From Mizuhopecten yessoensis (lineage: Eukaryota): DNA of 64,000 nucleotides. The first letter of the stretch is position 1; every line of letters starts with the position of its first letter. Below are positions 24,481-38,600 of this stretch, in pieces. The translations under genes were made by a program, and so were the position numbers. The notes beneath the pieces are model-generated. The model did no database searches and was not told where the DNA came from. It saw nothing but the letters and a program-made list of their open reading frames with translations. The DNA lies in contig NW_018479986.1 in assembly GCF_002113885.1 (NCBI RefSeq), forward strand, positions 124,001-188,000. The letters are read 5' to 3'.

Positions 24481-27400
24481 ACTCGTATGTCAGAAACAGT
24501 TGTTTTGTGATGGCAGTCAACAATATCATATTTCTGATCAGGGAAATATGAGTCAGCTCAATTTTCTGCCTTTACATCATGGTGGATATAAACTTTACTA
24601 ATATTGTTTATTAATATCAACGGTTATTAATATAAATAATTATTGATATTTACAACGTGTAATAAACGGTGCTTAGTAAAAAAAAAAAGTTCAATAAAGA
24701 ATGATGTAAGAGCTGTATGGTGTAGTGTAATTATTTGTTAGCATATTTTATCTCTTACTAAATGTTATTGGTGCAATCATAATTCTGTGTGTGTCATACT
24801 TTCACCTTTAAAGATACAAATTGATGAATTCTGCTAGTTGCGTTCTTGGTTCCCGAGGATTGCCGAACCTGAATAGTAATTATTTTGGGTAGTGGCACGG
24901 TTCGCAATATATTCACTGTACCATTAATTTGAAATTAACCAGTAATCCTCTTGTTTTGGAATTAAGTTAATTTAGGTGTTTTACAATATTATAATTGCTC
25001 TAACATGTTTGGCTTATTTTAACAAACGTATTAGACACGTTCTGATATTCATATAAAATATAACTGGCGCTGTGATGACAGCTTTCACATAAGGATTTAA
25101 CGGCATTTTCCGTGCTCCATGGTTACTATGTATGTTACCGATTTGTGTCCATACTGGCATGAACATAAAAAGATATCGTTCAATCCTTATAANAGAACAG
25201 CCTAACATCACCAACATATTTGCTTCCGACAGTTGTCATGCGTTATTGGAAGCAAGAGGAGAATCTTCAAAATAACGCTGATCAATCCCTTTATATCCCT
25301 ATGAAGGCAATTTCTTCCCGTATCGGTAAATACCCTAAGCGTGTTCACACCCCTGATACAGTTTTAACGTACCTGAAAGGTACACGGATGTCTTCTCAAA
25401 CCGTGATAGATGGCTCTAATAGATGTTTATTTTTTATTTTAAACAATTATGAAACAAGTTTCGTTTGTTACTATTCATGTCATGTTAGAATTGAAAATTT
25501 ACTGAACCGATTTAAATACACTATGTAAGTATTTTATCTGTACTTATATAAATGATCATAGGTCTAATTCCGAAAAAAAAGGGTTTTTTTTATTTAAAAA
25601 CTAACTCGTCCGGTTTGACCTCAATTCTAACGTGATTGTTCATCAAATATAATGCATTTAAATACAATTTTTATCAATGTATCTGGAACATTCTAATTGT
25701 ACTGTTATAAACAATAAACACCTTCAGGATTTTCGAGCCGCTGTGGTCAGTAGAGTCAGTAAACATTATCCGTACTTACTGCATGAATTCGGATATATCC
25801 AAATTCAAATCCTATATTTCCAACTTCCATTGGTCAAAATGAAGCAGATCTGTATTGGTGTAGTATCACAATAATCCTAATCTCGAAATCGTTGTAAAAA
25901 TCGAAAAACGTCAGCCACTCTGTGTCTCTCTGAGGCCCCATATATTGCTCTGTTTGAATTAAAATGCTCGTGATGAAGTGAATTTTATAATTCCGATCAA
26001 TATTAATGAGTAATGACGTCACCTTTATAAGGCTAATTGTTTTTGTCAAGATGAGAAAGGCTATGAGACCTGTTACAGTATGCATACACTCATACATTAC
26101 ACCCATGAACTCACGTCCGTTAGTGACTTAAGCTGTTGATGGGACGTTAAACTCACTACAACCAATCAACCTATCAGCAAAATTCGCTCAACATACATTA
26201 TTATTGTGACATTACATAATTATTTGATGACAAACCATTTCTTATCAGCAGTTCATTTCGTATATAACACCATGACATTTAGGTAAAACATGAAAGATCA
26301 GGGCCCCTCGAAAGTAGTCGCCTTATCTGTCGTTTCGTGATTATCAAACGCTTTGAAACTTAGGGCGACCTCAAAGTGTCGCCTAAGTGTGTTTTGGTTA
26401 TACAAGTACTAAAACAGATCAAATATTGAACAAAATATTTATTATTGGTTATGTTAATTATTCTATTCTGCTTCGATTAAGATTGATTTGGTATAGAAAA
26501 CAATAGTTATTTAAATTATCAAAGTCTACCTAAGTGATGTACTTATTAGGGGTCCTCCTAACGACGGTTGTACGGTAATATATATATATATCTATAAACT
26601 ACATTTTAAATACTTTATTTTTAGAACAATTTGTTTTTTCAAAATGTGATTTCACCTGATTTGGAACTTGTGAAAACCATGGTTACCACATCAAAAAACG
26701 CCAAATTATGCCAAAAAACATGATTTTTAACCCAAAATTTGACCCACGCAAGTAGTGTTTTTTCTTAAAACCTGTCTTAAATTGAATATCACCTATTCGG
26801 CAACAGAAATACTCACGTTTTAGCATAGGTCGTTCAACTGGATTTTTCACAATATTTCCACATGTGCTGTGCTTTTATTGTGTAGACACAGATTTGCAAA
26901 TGGCCAAAAATGTAGTCTCAAACCAAATTCGATTTTTTTTAAAAATGTGAAGCCAATATGGTCCACTTCATCATGTATATGCCTATTTTAGTGCTGATTA
27001 TATTTTTTACTTTTGATACATGTAATATTACATAGGTTATTCATTGTACAAATATATCACCCATGGCCACCGTCCGCTACTGTACACTGCTAGCCCAACA
27101 GTTGATGGTTAATAATCATATGTATCTAGATCGAGTTTGTTAATATTCGAATTGCATAAAAACTCGAGGTCCACCGACTCTTTAGGGAGTTTGAAAATTA
27201 ACTTACTCGAGTTAGATAAACGTGATTACCAACCATCACGAGTTTGGGGACCTTTTCCTCCCACCACGTTCAGAAAGTGTATCTGTAAGACCCCATTTGT
27301 CTCTTGGGAATACATTATTTATATTTCCGATCAGAGAAACACTTGCCATTACAAGTTACTTTTACATCAAAATGGAAGATGACGTCGCAACGCATTGTTA

Positions 27401-29270
27401 GTTGACGTCTTCATTAGAAGGTTGACTAATGAAATAACGTCCATGGTGTTATCCACTAGTTGGTAACCAAAATTGTTTACCAACTACTAGCAGGTGTATC
27501 CAATGAGTCGGAAATGCGAAAACCTATCGGTGTTTGTTGCAGCAATGTCAATGACTATAAGCAGGTTATTGCCAGTGGTGTGAATCAGTTGCAATTTCAA
27601 TATCGATGATTGGCTTACCGAAACTCCTAATTCTGTGTAATCTATATGATACATAGAGGATAAATTAAATGGTTCGCATGCACTCCTTAAAAATATCGAC
27701 ATTCTGCGAGACTCGAGACATACATACAGTGTATGACTACGGAAAACCAATAAAAATTGTCTATGTTTTTCATTGTATAACTACGGAAAACCCATTAAAA
27801 TTGTCTATGTTTTACATTTTTTTTTAATTTAACACGACACAAATATTGCTGCAACAAAATAGTACGCCAATCAGTAACGTAATATTTGCTGTTATTACAT
27901 GGTCACCCACAAATTAAATCGATTGTATAGTTATTTAAAAACATAGTTTAGGAGTATAAAAAACACTTATTTTGCCGTCGCTTTAATTGCACCTAAAACT
28001 GAAATCTACGCGCTGCATAGAAAGTACCATTTTTACTGGATAATACTATAAAAAGTATATCTTCACATGATGGAAAATAAAAAGTTCGTTTATCTTTTCG
28101 GTAAAAAAAAAATGAATATACTTTTTCATCAAGTAGATTTTTTTGTTTTACGTGTGATAATATAAGATAGGATTCATATTGATATTGTTCTGGGAAATTA
28201 AAAGAAAAACCTGTAACAATATATCATGATAAAATCCTTCTGTATTGCAATATATCGTGATACATTCAGGGTACCTTATTACACGCCTAGTTCAGTTGAG
28301 TATTAACAGTCAAAATATATTACCTGGCAATACACGTTATCAAACAATCATCAGTTAAAATAAATTATCAGCCCAGACGCAAAGTAATAGTCAGGAAAAC
28401 AAACCTGTGTCAGCAAAACTTGAACTAGAACTCAACATCGATACAGCTATGGCAAAAATATGAAAAAAAGGAAAGATTTACAGAGAAAGGCAGACGGAGA
28501 AAAAGATCATGTTTTCCAGAAAAGTAAGCGTCGTCTGCTTCATCGACAAAATCTAGGATAAATCAAAGAATTGTCACGTCCTTGTTCCTACAACAGGGGT
28601 GCAACAAGTCACACTTATGAGTATCATAAAAACGTTCCCTTTCATATCAAACAAACAAAATAACATATTCCCCAATGATATCACAATGTCGACAATAAAA
28701 CTTGTCCATAGTTTTCATTAAACTGCGTCTTTGAAACTCCTGTATTGTTACTTTGTATGCCTCCAATCGACATCTTTCACGGAAGTCAACATGCAACACA
28801 GTACGTTGGGAAAAAAACGATACTATCAAGAAAGGGAAAGTTCGCGATCGGAAAATTGTGACGCTTGTTCACTCAAGAAACATGTCATGTCAAGTCATAC
28901 TATTTCTGTAAAATAACTGCATTAAAATATGTACTATGCTGCCAATTAAAGGGAAAGAAATAGTCAAATGGCGTTACTTTACAACATTTGGTTAGCAAGG
29001 AGAATGTGTCAACCGCACCAAACACCAATACATGTGTAGATTAAAGTATCCCGAATGAATTATTCAAGCTTAATAAGAAAATATGATTGACGATAGAGTA
29101 ATGCATATATGACTAAGGGTCACAAAGAATTACGAGATAACGTTATCGGGGTTGAAATGTCAGTTCTTCTTTGAATGATGTCAAGGTCATCAGACAGTAT
29201 ATCCTGACTTCGTCGTTACAGTTTGAAGTAAACCGCATAGTTCTATTAGAAGATCAGAACGGTATCCAGC

Positions 29271-32200
29271 ATGTCATTTACTGTAATCTTTTTTGTACTG
29301 CTCTTTGCGGAACATTCACACGGTAAGGTTCCTCATTTCAAATAATTATATTTACCATTTAGAATACTAATATATATATATAGTTAGTATGGGAGATGTA
29401 AATTGGGGTTCGTCCTGTTGTCTGACCGTCTGTCCAATTGGGTTCCTTGCAAAATGTCTCCTAATCAGGCTAAAGAGTAAGTTTGATTGTTAATTCGATA
29501 TTCGTTGTGTCCATATTTACTCATAATTAATAAGGATACACACTTCAGATGGATTTATTGGTTTTATTGTAGTTCTCCCCTTACAACGATTTGATTTTAA
29601 GAAATTTGTTTTTATTAATTGAATTATTTTGTATCTGTCTTTACGTTACCTGTCTCGTATATATGTCTCTTGAACTTCCAGGTAGCTGCCCGGCGGGATA
29701 TCTAGTGGAAGGGGAGTTTTGTTTCTTCTTTAGTGAAATAGCAGGTACCTGGGCCGAGGCAAACGTAAGTGCCCTGTCTTAATAATCATGTTCATGTATG
29801 TCTGTTTACCATCCGTCATATAATCTATAAATCAAAACTGAAAGGAGAAAATATATGTAGTAGCATTCCTAATTAGTCAACTCATACGTATTTTCATAAT
29901 TAATTAACATCTTTCCGAATCTCTTTCGTGATTTCGTTTTATTTTACAGGATAATTTATTTTGAACAACTATCATGTGACATCTTCCATTAAGATGCAAG
30001 CTGTGTAAAGAGGCCATTTATAACCTGTTCATTGAAGGGATTTCTTTGTTATTTAAACCAGCGTTACGAAACGACTAGTTTGAGATTCCTAAGTCTTCAC
30101 ATAGTAATGTTAAGTCTCAAGTAAATTTAATAAATATACTCCTTTTAAAGAAAAATACAAAGAAAAAAAGCCGATATCCAAACTCGATACGACCAGACAA
30201 TATGTTGTCAGATCATTTACTTATTTCAATTTCAAGGTGATATTCTCCTTTCCATCTTGAATATATCTACATGAGTAGGGATTATTTTAGGGGAGGACTG
30301 GTTGGAAATACACGATTAACTTACACGAATCCAATCATTTTGCACATCCTGAACATTCCAAGATTGCAAATCACTTGCGTTGATTTGAAACCCCTTAAAT
30401 GGCCCGCTGCACAGCGATTTGTTCAACCAGTTAATCTAGTATATACATTATACAAAGTTATTTGAATCAATTTCATCTAGGATAAAATGAGTTACTATCT
30501 TATTTTGTAGAGCTACTGCAGGACCTTCAATGCTGTGCTATTCGAGCCGAATACTGAGGATCGTCAAACTGCGTTGGCCAAAGCCTTGCAACATGTATCG
30601 GGTGAGGACATGTTCGGATAAGTCCATAGCTAAAATGAAAGCTCACCTTTGACCTCCAATATAGCTTCCATTATTATGTAAATTAAAGAGGTCAACAATG
30701 ACAACAAAATCAATAATAACACCAAATATGCTAGTATTTTGATTGGTCTGCAATAAGTTTAATTGTTTTGTATGTTTTGTAGGACCATATGACAAAGAAT
30801 TTTTCATAGGAGGTAGCGATTTTTTTATCGAAAACCAGTGGATCTGGTCAACGGAGCAAGATCCTATTACTATCTCCCACTGGGCCCCCGGTAACCCTAG
30901 CGACAGTAACGTAGGAGAGGACTGTATGGCAGTGTTAAAAGCAGGGCAGTGGAATGACATCGCGTGCGACCGCAAGCTGGAGTTTATTTGCGAAAGACAG
31001 TGTTTATTGATTTAAATAAGAGGTATAATATACCCGGATTTGTAATGAGCTTGATTGAATATATTTATATATATTCAGGCTGTCCAAAGGTAAACTATGT
31101 CCGTAAAATAATTGTAAGCCAGACAGAAGTTCCTTAAATACCACGCCAACCCTTTGGGGAATAAACCAATAGACATATTACACTAGATACGACATCAATA
31201 TTTAGTGGTTTTATTTAGCATTTTAAGTACTTACAAATGAAAAATTGAAATAATTTGATTTTCAAAGCCCTTTATAGTGTCCATAACAAACATATGTGAA
31301 ATCCATGTTCAATTGATAGATCTTTATTTCAAGGCTAATTTTGCAACTTACATTTGAATATTGTATCATATTTAGGAGACATAGCAACATAAAGGTGTTT
31401 TATCTGATTAAATATACTGCATTGAACAATACATATTTCAATATAAAACTTTAAACGAAAATATAGGAGCGATAATGTATAGGTCTTGATTTCGACTTCT
31501 GGGCCCGATATCATGAAACCATTATCATGCTCAAGCATGGATTCAGTGCTGTAACTAACATTCATCTGACTTGCTTATCAATGAGAAACATTGCAACTAA
31601 GTGTAAACATTAGATAAAGTATTTGGCCTTAAGTCTCTTCTCAAGTCCGCCAAATCATTGACAAATACGATTTATGTTGGTTTGTTAACAAAACAACAAA
31701 ATACGCTTGAGCACAGGATCTGAGATTGAAATGAGAACGGTTTCATGAATACAGGTCCTATAATATGCATCGCAAGAGTGTAAATAGTAATAACATATTT
31801 TAACATAATGCTTCTCTTTACCTATACGCTATGATATCGACCACTGTACCGAGAGTACTAGTGTATGATGCAAGTTAAGTTCACTATATATTTTAGCAGT
31901 TATCCAAGATGGAATATCTGCCTTTTGTTTTGCAAGGATTTTGGGAGTGCCAATTTATCAATGAGCTAATCTGTAAAAAAAAATATGCAAATACTATCAA
32001 ATAACTCAAAACAGTTTCAACGTGTCTGTGAAAGCATATTCACGAGTCCACTGATTAAAAATAATTCGCTTTTATATTTTCTAAATCCAAAGGTTCTCTT
32101 GACATATATATCTTCTGCAAAGCTTTGGAAAATGTCATGACGAAGTTAAAAAGCTTATGGATGGTAAATAGTTTCTTTTGATTTCCTATGCGATCGTGAA

Positions 32201-32671
32201 AAATGAAATTAATCTCGCGGCAGCGTACCGGTAATATTGACAGGTTAACAACTTGCTTGCAGTTCCTCTATAATATTTAAAGGATATGGATCACTGATTG
32301 GTAAGGTTTTACAACAGGAACCGATCAAAGATTTTATTCCGACTTTACGTATTGCAGAGTTATCTGCCTTGTGAGCAGGGATTGATTGTTACGTCATTTG
32401 TTTGTGAGAGTAACGTCATCAATTTTTGAGAAAACGACGTAATTTTCTCCCACAAACCAATGACGTAACAATCAATACCTGCTCACAAGAGAAGATAACT
32501 CTGCAATACGCAAAGACGGAATTACGAGCCGTAAATTTTGTCCAAGGCTGCAGAGAAGATATCTGTATCCAGGGGAAGCCGCTGGAATACGACGATGCAG
32601 ATATGAGAGCAATGATAATTCAATATCTCTTATTTTACAGGGCACTTGAGAGCGGGGAAATAATTGGGTAA
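29271..32671 (+). CDS. Secreted C-type lectin (perlucin-like), copy B; last donor site damaged
   Basis: Exons 29271-29322, 29682-29764, 30511-30601, 30783-~30999, 32641-32671; a 4-nt deletion turns the GTAAGT donor into GTGTTT, so read-through ends ERQCLLI* at 31015. Confidence 0.82.
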
Positions 32672-35274
32672 ACTCGTATGTCAGAAACAGTTGTTGTGTG
32701 ATGGCAGTCAAATATATCATATTTCTGATCAGGGAAATATGAGTCAGCTCAATTTTCTGCCTTTACATCATGGTGGATATAAACTTTACTAATATTGTTT
32801 ATTAATATCAACGGTTATTAATATAAATAATTATTGATATTTACAACGTGTAATAAACGGTGCTTAGTAAAAAAAAAAAGTTCAATAAAGAATGATGTAA
32901 GATGGTGTTGTGTAATTATTTGTTAGCATATTTTATCTCTTACTAAATGTTATTGGTGCAATCATAATTCTGTGTGTGTCATACTTTCACCTTTAAAGAT
33001 ACAAATTGATGAATTCTGCTAGTTGCGTTCTTGGTTCCCGAGGATTGCCGAACCTGAATAGTAATTATTTTGGGTAGTGGCACGGTTCGCAATATATTCA
33101 CTGTACCATTAATTTGAAATTAACCAGTAATCCTCTTGTTTTGGAATTAAGTTAATTTAGGTGTTTTACAATATTATAATTGCTCTAACATGTTTGGCTT
33201 ATTTTAACAAACGTATTAGACACGTTCTGATATTCATATAAAATATAACTGGCGCTGTGATGACAGCTTTCACATAAGGATTTAACGGCATTTTCCGTGC
33301 TCCATGGTTACTATGTATGTTACCGATTTGTGTCCATACTGGCATGAACATAAAAAGATATCGTTCAATCCTTATAACTTTTTTCCTTTTTGTTTTGTTT
33401 TCATCTCTCTACAACAGGTATACATTTAGGTATTCCCTTCTATTTCTAAGATTGAAATATTTGTGTCGCCAATGCAAGATTCCCGGAACAGCCTAACATC
33501 ACCAACATGTTTGCTTCCGACAGTTGTCATGCGTTATTGGAAGCAAGAGGAGAATCTTCAAAATAACGCTGATCAATCCCTTTATATCCCTATGAAGGCA
33601 ATTTCTTCCCGTATCGGTAAATACCCTAAGCGTGTTCACACCCCTGATACAGTTTTAACGTAACTGAAAGGTACACGGATGTCTTCTCAAACCGTGAAAG
33701 ATGGCTCTAATAGATGTTTATTTTTTATTTTAAACAATTATGAAACAAGTTTCGTTTGTTACTATTCATGTCATGTTAGAATTGAAAATTTACTGAACCG
33801 ATTTAAATACACTATGTAAGTATTTTATCTGTACTTATATAAATGATCATAGGTCTAATTCCACAAAAAAAAGATTTTTTTTTATTTAAAAACTAACTCG
33901 TCCGGTTTGACCTCAATTCTAACGTGATTGTTCATCATATATAATGCATTTAAAGACAATTTTTATCAATGTTAGTATCTGGAACATTTTAATTGTACTG
34001 TTATAAACAATGAATACCTTCAGGATTTTCGAGCCGCTGTGGTCAGTAGAGTCAGTAGCCATTATCCGTACTTACTGCATGAATTCGGATATATCCAACT
34101 TCAAATCCTATATTTCCAACTTCAATTGGTCAAAATGAAGCAGATCTGTATTGGTGTAGTATCACAATAATCCTAATCTCGAAATTGATGTAAAAATCGA
34201 AAAACGTCAGCCACTCTGTGTCTGTGTGAGGCCCCATATATTGCTCTGTTTGAATTAAAATGCTCGTGATGAAGTGAATTTTATAATTCCGATCAATATT
34301 AATGAGTAATGACGTCACCTTTATAATGCTAATTGTGTTGTCAAGATGAGAAAGGCAATGCGACCTATTACAGTATGCATACACTCATACATTACACCCA
34401 TGAACTCACGTCCGTTAGTGACTTAAGCTGTTGATGGGACGTTAAACTCACTACAACCAATAAACATATCAGCAAAATTCGCTCATAGTACATTATTATT
34501 GTGACATTACCTTATTATTTGATGACAAACCATTTTTTATCAGCAGTTCATTTCGTTGATCGCTTGTTAGGATACTTTATCTAACTACATTGGTCATTGA
34601 GGTTGCTGTTAGTGAGTAATAGCGTTACCTTCGTAAGGTTAATTGTGGTGTCAAGCAAGGCATGTTTGAGCTGACTAGTGCGGAATTGCTATTATACAAT
34701 ATCAGTGTGAAACTTGAATACGATTTACCTGGAGTAATGTAACCCCTGACAAAGGCTCATTGTACATTTTGTATCTGACATTAGTTAACTGGACCCAAAC
34801 CTTATTTGTCAGTTGTTCATTCTGTTCATCATTTGTTATGATACATAAAGCAGGTGAAAATTTATTTTGTCCTACCAATGTGTTTAATAAGAACTCTTCC
34901 ATTTTATGGAACTTTACTTATGTTTCAAAATACTTTGAACTGGGATTTTCCTTTTGTTGACCGTAAACACTAATGATGAGTATTAAATGGAAGAAAATAG
35001 AATAAAGTCTTAACTTTGTTTAGCTTAAGAAAACCTTAATTCTTAAAAAACATTTTTGCGTTTCTAGTTCGTAAGTTCATTTTTGTGTTTTTTTCGGCGT
35101 AAATTATGGAATAAATTCTCAATCTGAGAAAAAAACAATTTCCATATTTCCAGCGAGTTTACAATGGTTGTTGTCTCTTTTCTTGAGAATTGACAATAAA
35201 AATAATTTAATGCAAGGTAAGGACGGCAAGCGTATTTCTTGCGTGTATTCATCGAACAGATAGTATTATGAGGC

Positions 35275-35575
35275 ACGATACTAGTGGTAGGAAGCTGGGC
35301 TCACACACGAAGGATTGCAGGTTCGAGTCATTTCGCGGCATTGTTTTTATATTTTTGAACACGGTACTTTTCTCCGCGAGGTTGCGGAGTGCTACAATTG
35401 TTGAATGCTTGCCGTGAGTGCCGAAATTGCAGCACCGGCTGTATGCTGCCAGGGGAATTGATAAAGATATTGGCTGATTGCAAAGGCCCTATAACTACGG
35501 ATAAACAATTGTGAACCGCTCTGAAACGACCTACGAACTAGATTAAAATAAAGCGGTATATAAAATACCATGTTT
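35275..35575 (+). mobile_element. Degenerate tRNA-derived SINE with L2/CR1-like tail
   Basis: A-box-like TAGTGGTAGG; B-box GGTTCGAGTC; tail GTGAACCGCTCTGAAACG..AAGCGGTATATAAAATAC resembling L2-type 3' ends. Confidence 0.55.
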
Positions 35576-35652
35576 CATCTAATATATTATAGGTGCCAAA
35601 TTAATGTACAACACGGATCACCGATGTATGCTATTGCCAATCATTGGTAAAT

Positions 35653-38600
35653 CTAACAAGGTTTCACATGGGAGATAAATGTATTCATTTGTCGCATGAG
35701 CAGCCTGTTAGCCTCTCGGATACCTGAATTCAGTGACCCATGCGTCGAAGCAAGGTAGTCAATATCTGTAGCCTCGCCGGCAAATAACAGGACAGGCTTG
35801 TTGTCCTTGGCAACAAGGGGCATGGCCAGAATACGGACATCCTCCACTGTCGATCCTACGCGGATGTAGGAGTACGACCCCCTGAACTGTCGGTTTGAAA
35901 ACCACGAGGTTTTTAGGATTGAATCGGGTTCTGGGATAGTTGGGTCGTTGAGAAATTGTCTCAACACCGTGGTAAGCACGAGCGCTATTACGTCATTAGG
36001 GATCGTTTCTATCTCTTTGCCTTCCTCCCCACACAGCCACACGTCGAGTGTATAGGGGTTGGCTGCCATGGCGTTGAATGTGTACAAACATTTAGCCCAG
36101 CTTGGTAAATTCGTGTTTGATTCAGTAGTGTCGTTTCTCCACACCAGTTTCATTCCTTCATGTTGGCTCCAGAAAGGTGTCTTGTAGCGAAGAATGATCT
36201 TACTGGCTGTCCCATATCCCAGCTTTGATATTGACGCAATCTTTTCAAATGGGAGGCCAGGATTAAAAAGTATCTGGTGATCATTTTTAAGGACGCCCAG
36301 AGAAATTGTAACGATCACGTGATCTGCGGTGTACATTATTGCACCATTTTCTGACTCACACAGAACATTTACCTCTTCAGGATTAGTATAGTCGATGTTT
36401 ATCACTTCCGTTTTCAGATGGATTCTTTTGTCGGTTACTGTATGTGCCAGCCTTGATATCAACGCGGAATAACCGCCTGTCAAACTGATGTTGTTGCCAG
36501 GGGTAATGCTATCGGGTATAAACACTGATACATCTTCTAGTGCAGCACCGTGATTTTCCTCCTCCACCTTTGTAAGAGTTCTACAGATATCCTTGAACTC
36601 ATTTCGATCATTATCGGGGAGAGTTTCCACCACCTGATCCAAGCGGTACTGTATGTACTCAAGAATGGTGGGGTAAAGTGTCTTAGATGATGCCGACAAT
36701 TTATTTCCATAGAGCTCTTCTATTATTTTTCTGAATTCCTCTCTTGCTTTTCTTACAAGTTCCTCATTACACTTTGTTCCATTCGAGCCCACATACATCC
36801 CATAATATCTGAAATGAGAATTACTTAGAAAACAAAGGTTCCCTTTAAACTTCATTCATATTTCTAGAATATTAAAGTATGATCTTATTTCATTGCAATC
36901 ACTGAAATATCGTAAATAATCTTACTTCTAGTTTCATGTCCTTACAGCCACGGTCAAAGCAAGACAGGTGCCAAATGAGACCCCGCCGGAGGAAAAAGCA
37001 GTAAGAGAGAAAAGAAAATACAGACCCAAAGCTTTGCACTAGAGGCAGCAGCTCAGCCTTAAATCTCGTCAATGTCCTCTTAGTAGAAGACACATAGGAA
37101 TCTAGGCCCGACATGAATTGAATAAGACATCCAGTAGGAAAGAGAATGTCAATTCTTTCCCCAAACCTGAAAAAGCGCAATTATTCACAATTCTAATTCG
37201 GAGAAGTGATGAAGGGCTTTCAGTTTAACCGATTCCAAACTAGTGGAATTCCCGAATTAACTTTATTTCAAAAGTTACACGAAGTTGGTAGCGAAGGGAA
37301 CTCTTGTGATAGCTTTACTTCTTTTTCATTGCGAATAAGTAGCTATTATGCAGAGGAAAAGCCGCAAGCAATATCCTGGAGCGAGCAATCTGCAGAACTT
37401 ATTTCTCATCAACAATATTTTGGGTTGTACGGAGCAGATAAGAAATAACGGTAATAGGTTATGTTAATCTTTGTAATGGAATATTAACCTGTGAATAGAA
37501 AAAAAAAAGTATATGTAAAGATGAAATAATTTCAAAATGACCTAGATTTATGCTTAACAAACCCCTGGGTAGACAAATCAATTACAGACCGATGGAAATC
37601 AAAAGAGTGAAACATTTCTTTCGTGATAACTGCTATATAATGTCATATTACATCCTAACAGTATGTCATACTATGAGATCTGATATTTTCTTTGGGTGAA
37701 CAATTCAATTCGTGGTTTACCGCACACTATTTGGTTGATACATGAATTCGTATAGTCCGTGTACCCACTCATACGGAGAATTGCTTTATGACATATTTGT
37801 AATTACTTCGTGGACCTATGAACTCGTAGAAGTAGATTACCCACGAAATCAACACGATTAAACACTCAACGAGAATTAGTGATTTCACAGTATACCACTT
37901 ACAGCTTATTTTTGATGACTAACTTGTCCTGTATTAGTCCGTTGTCGATGAGACCGAAAACCGACGACAATTCATTAACTGAAACGTTACCAAGGATGAA
38001 GAAAAACTTACTCGTCCTCTGTCAGATCGCAGTCGATGAGATCAAAAGTCTTCGCCAATTCGTTTACTGGGCCTTTGCCATGGATCCAGGTTGCCCCCAA
38101 CTCTACCGTCGCCGGGTCTTCTGTTTCGCCATCGTCACCAAACGGTACAGAGTGAATTCTACCGCCAATCCTTAAATATACATAGAAGCGTAATGCAAGT
38201 CAGTTCTTTTTTGCTACATACAAGTATACAACTGTCATATTTAACAAAAAGGTAAATAACACAATCTGGATTGCCACAGTTATATCTTTTGAGTAGTGGC
38301 ATGGTCTGTAATACACAAAGGTATCCTCTATTGATTGTATCTATAATCAAGAGAATTTAAGCACCTGCTTCTCTGTTTCCTCAATTTTGTGGTCCCAAGC
38401 ACCTCCGATGAGTCCTATATGGTCAAAACAGCTATAATATGCAGTGTAATTCCTTTTGGTTTGCTGTATCTATCGCTAATTTGTAAGGTGCAGTCACCTG
38501 TGTGTTACGTTCATGTTTCCTAAATTTCAATAACATTTGTTTCGGAACTGTAAAAGACACATTTATCTAAGATCAATGCATTCCAAATAGTCAAAAGGAC

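Larger units (their letters stand above)
17650..34555 (+). repeat. Direct tandem segmental duplication (unit A 17650-26260, unit B 26261-34555)
   Basis: Near-identical collinear units, reflected in paired ORF-track entries; junction GTTCATTTCG|TATATAACACC at 26260/26261. Confidence 0.95.

Noticed and set aside
36809-36855. N-terminus MKFKGNLCFLSNSHF of the 400-aa oxidase ORF
   Set aside because: Intronic read-through; the exon starts at the TTTCAG acceptor (36808), and the real start codon is at 40344.
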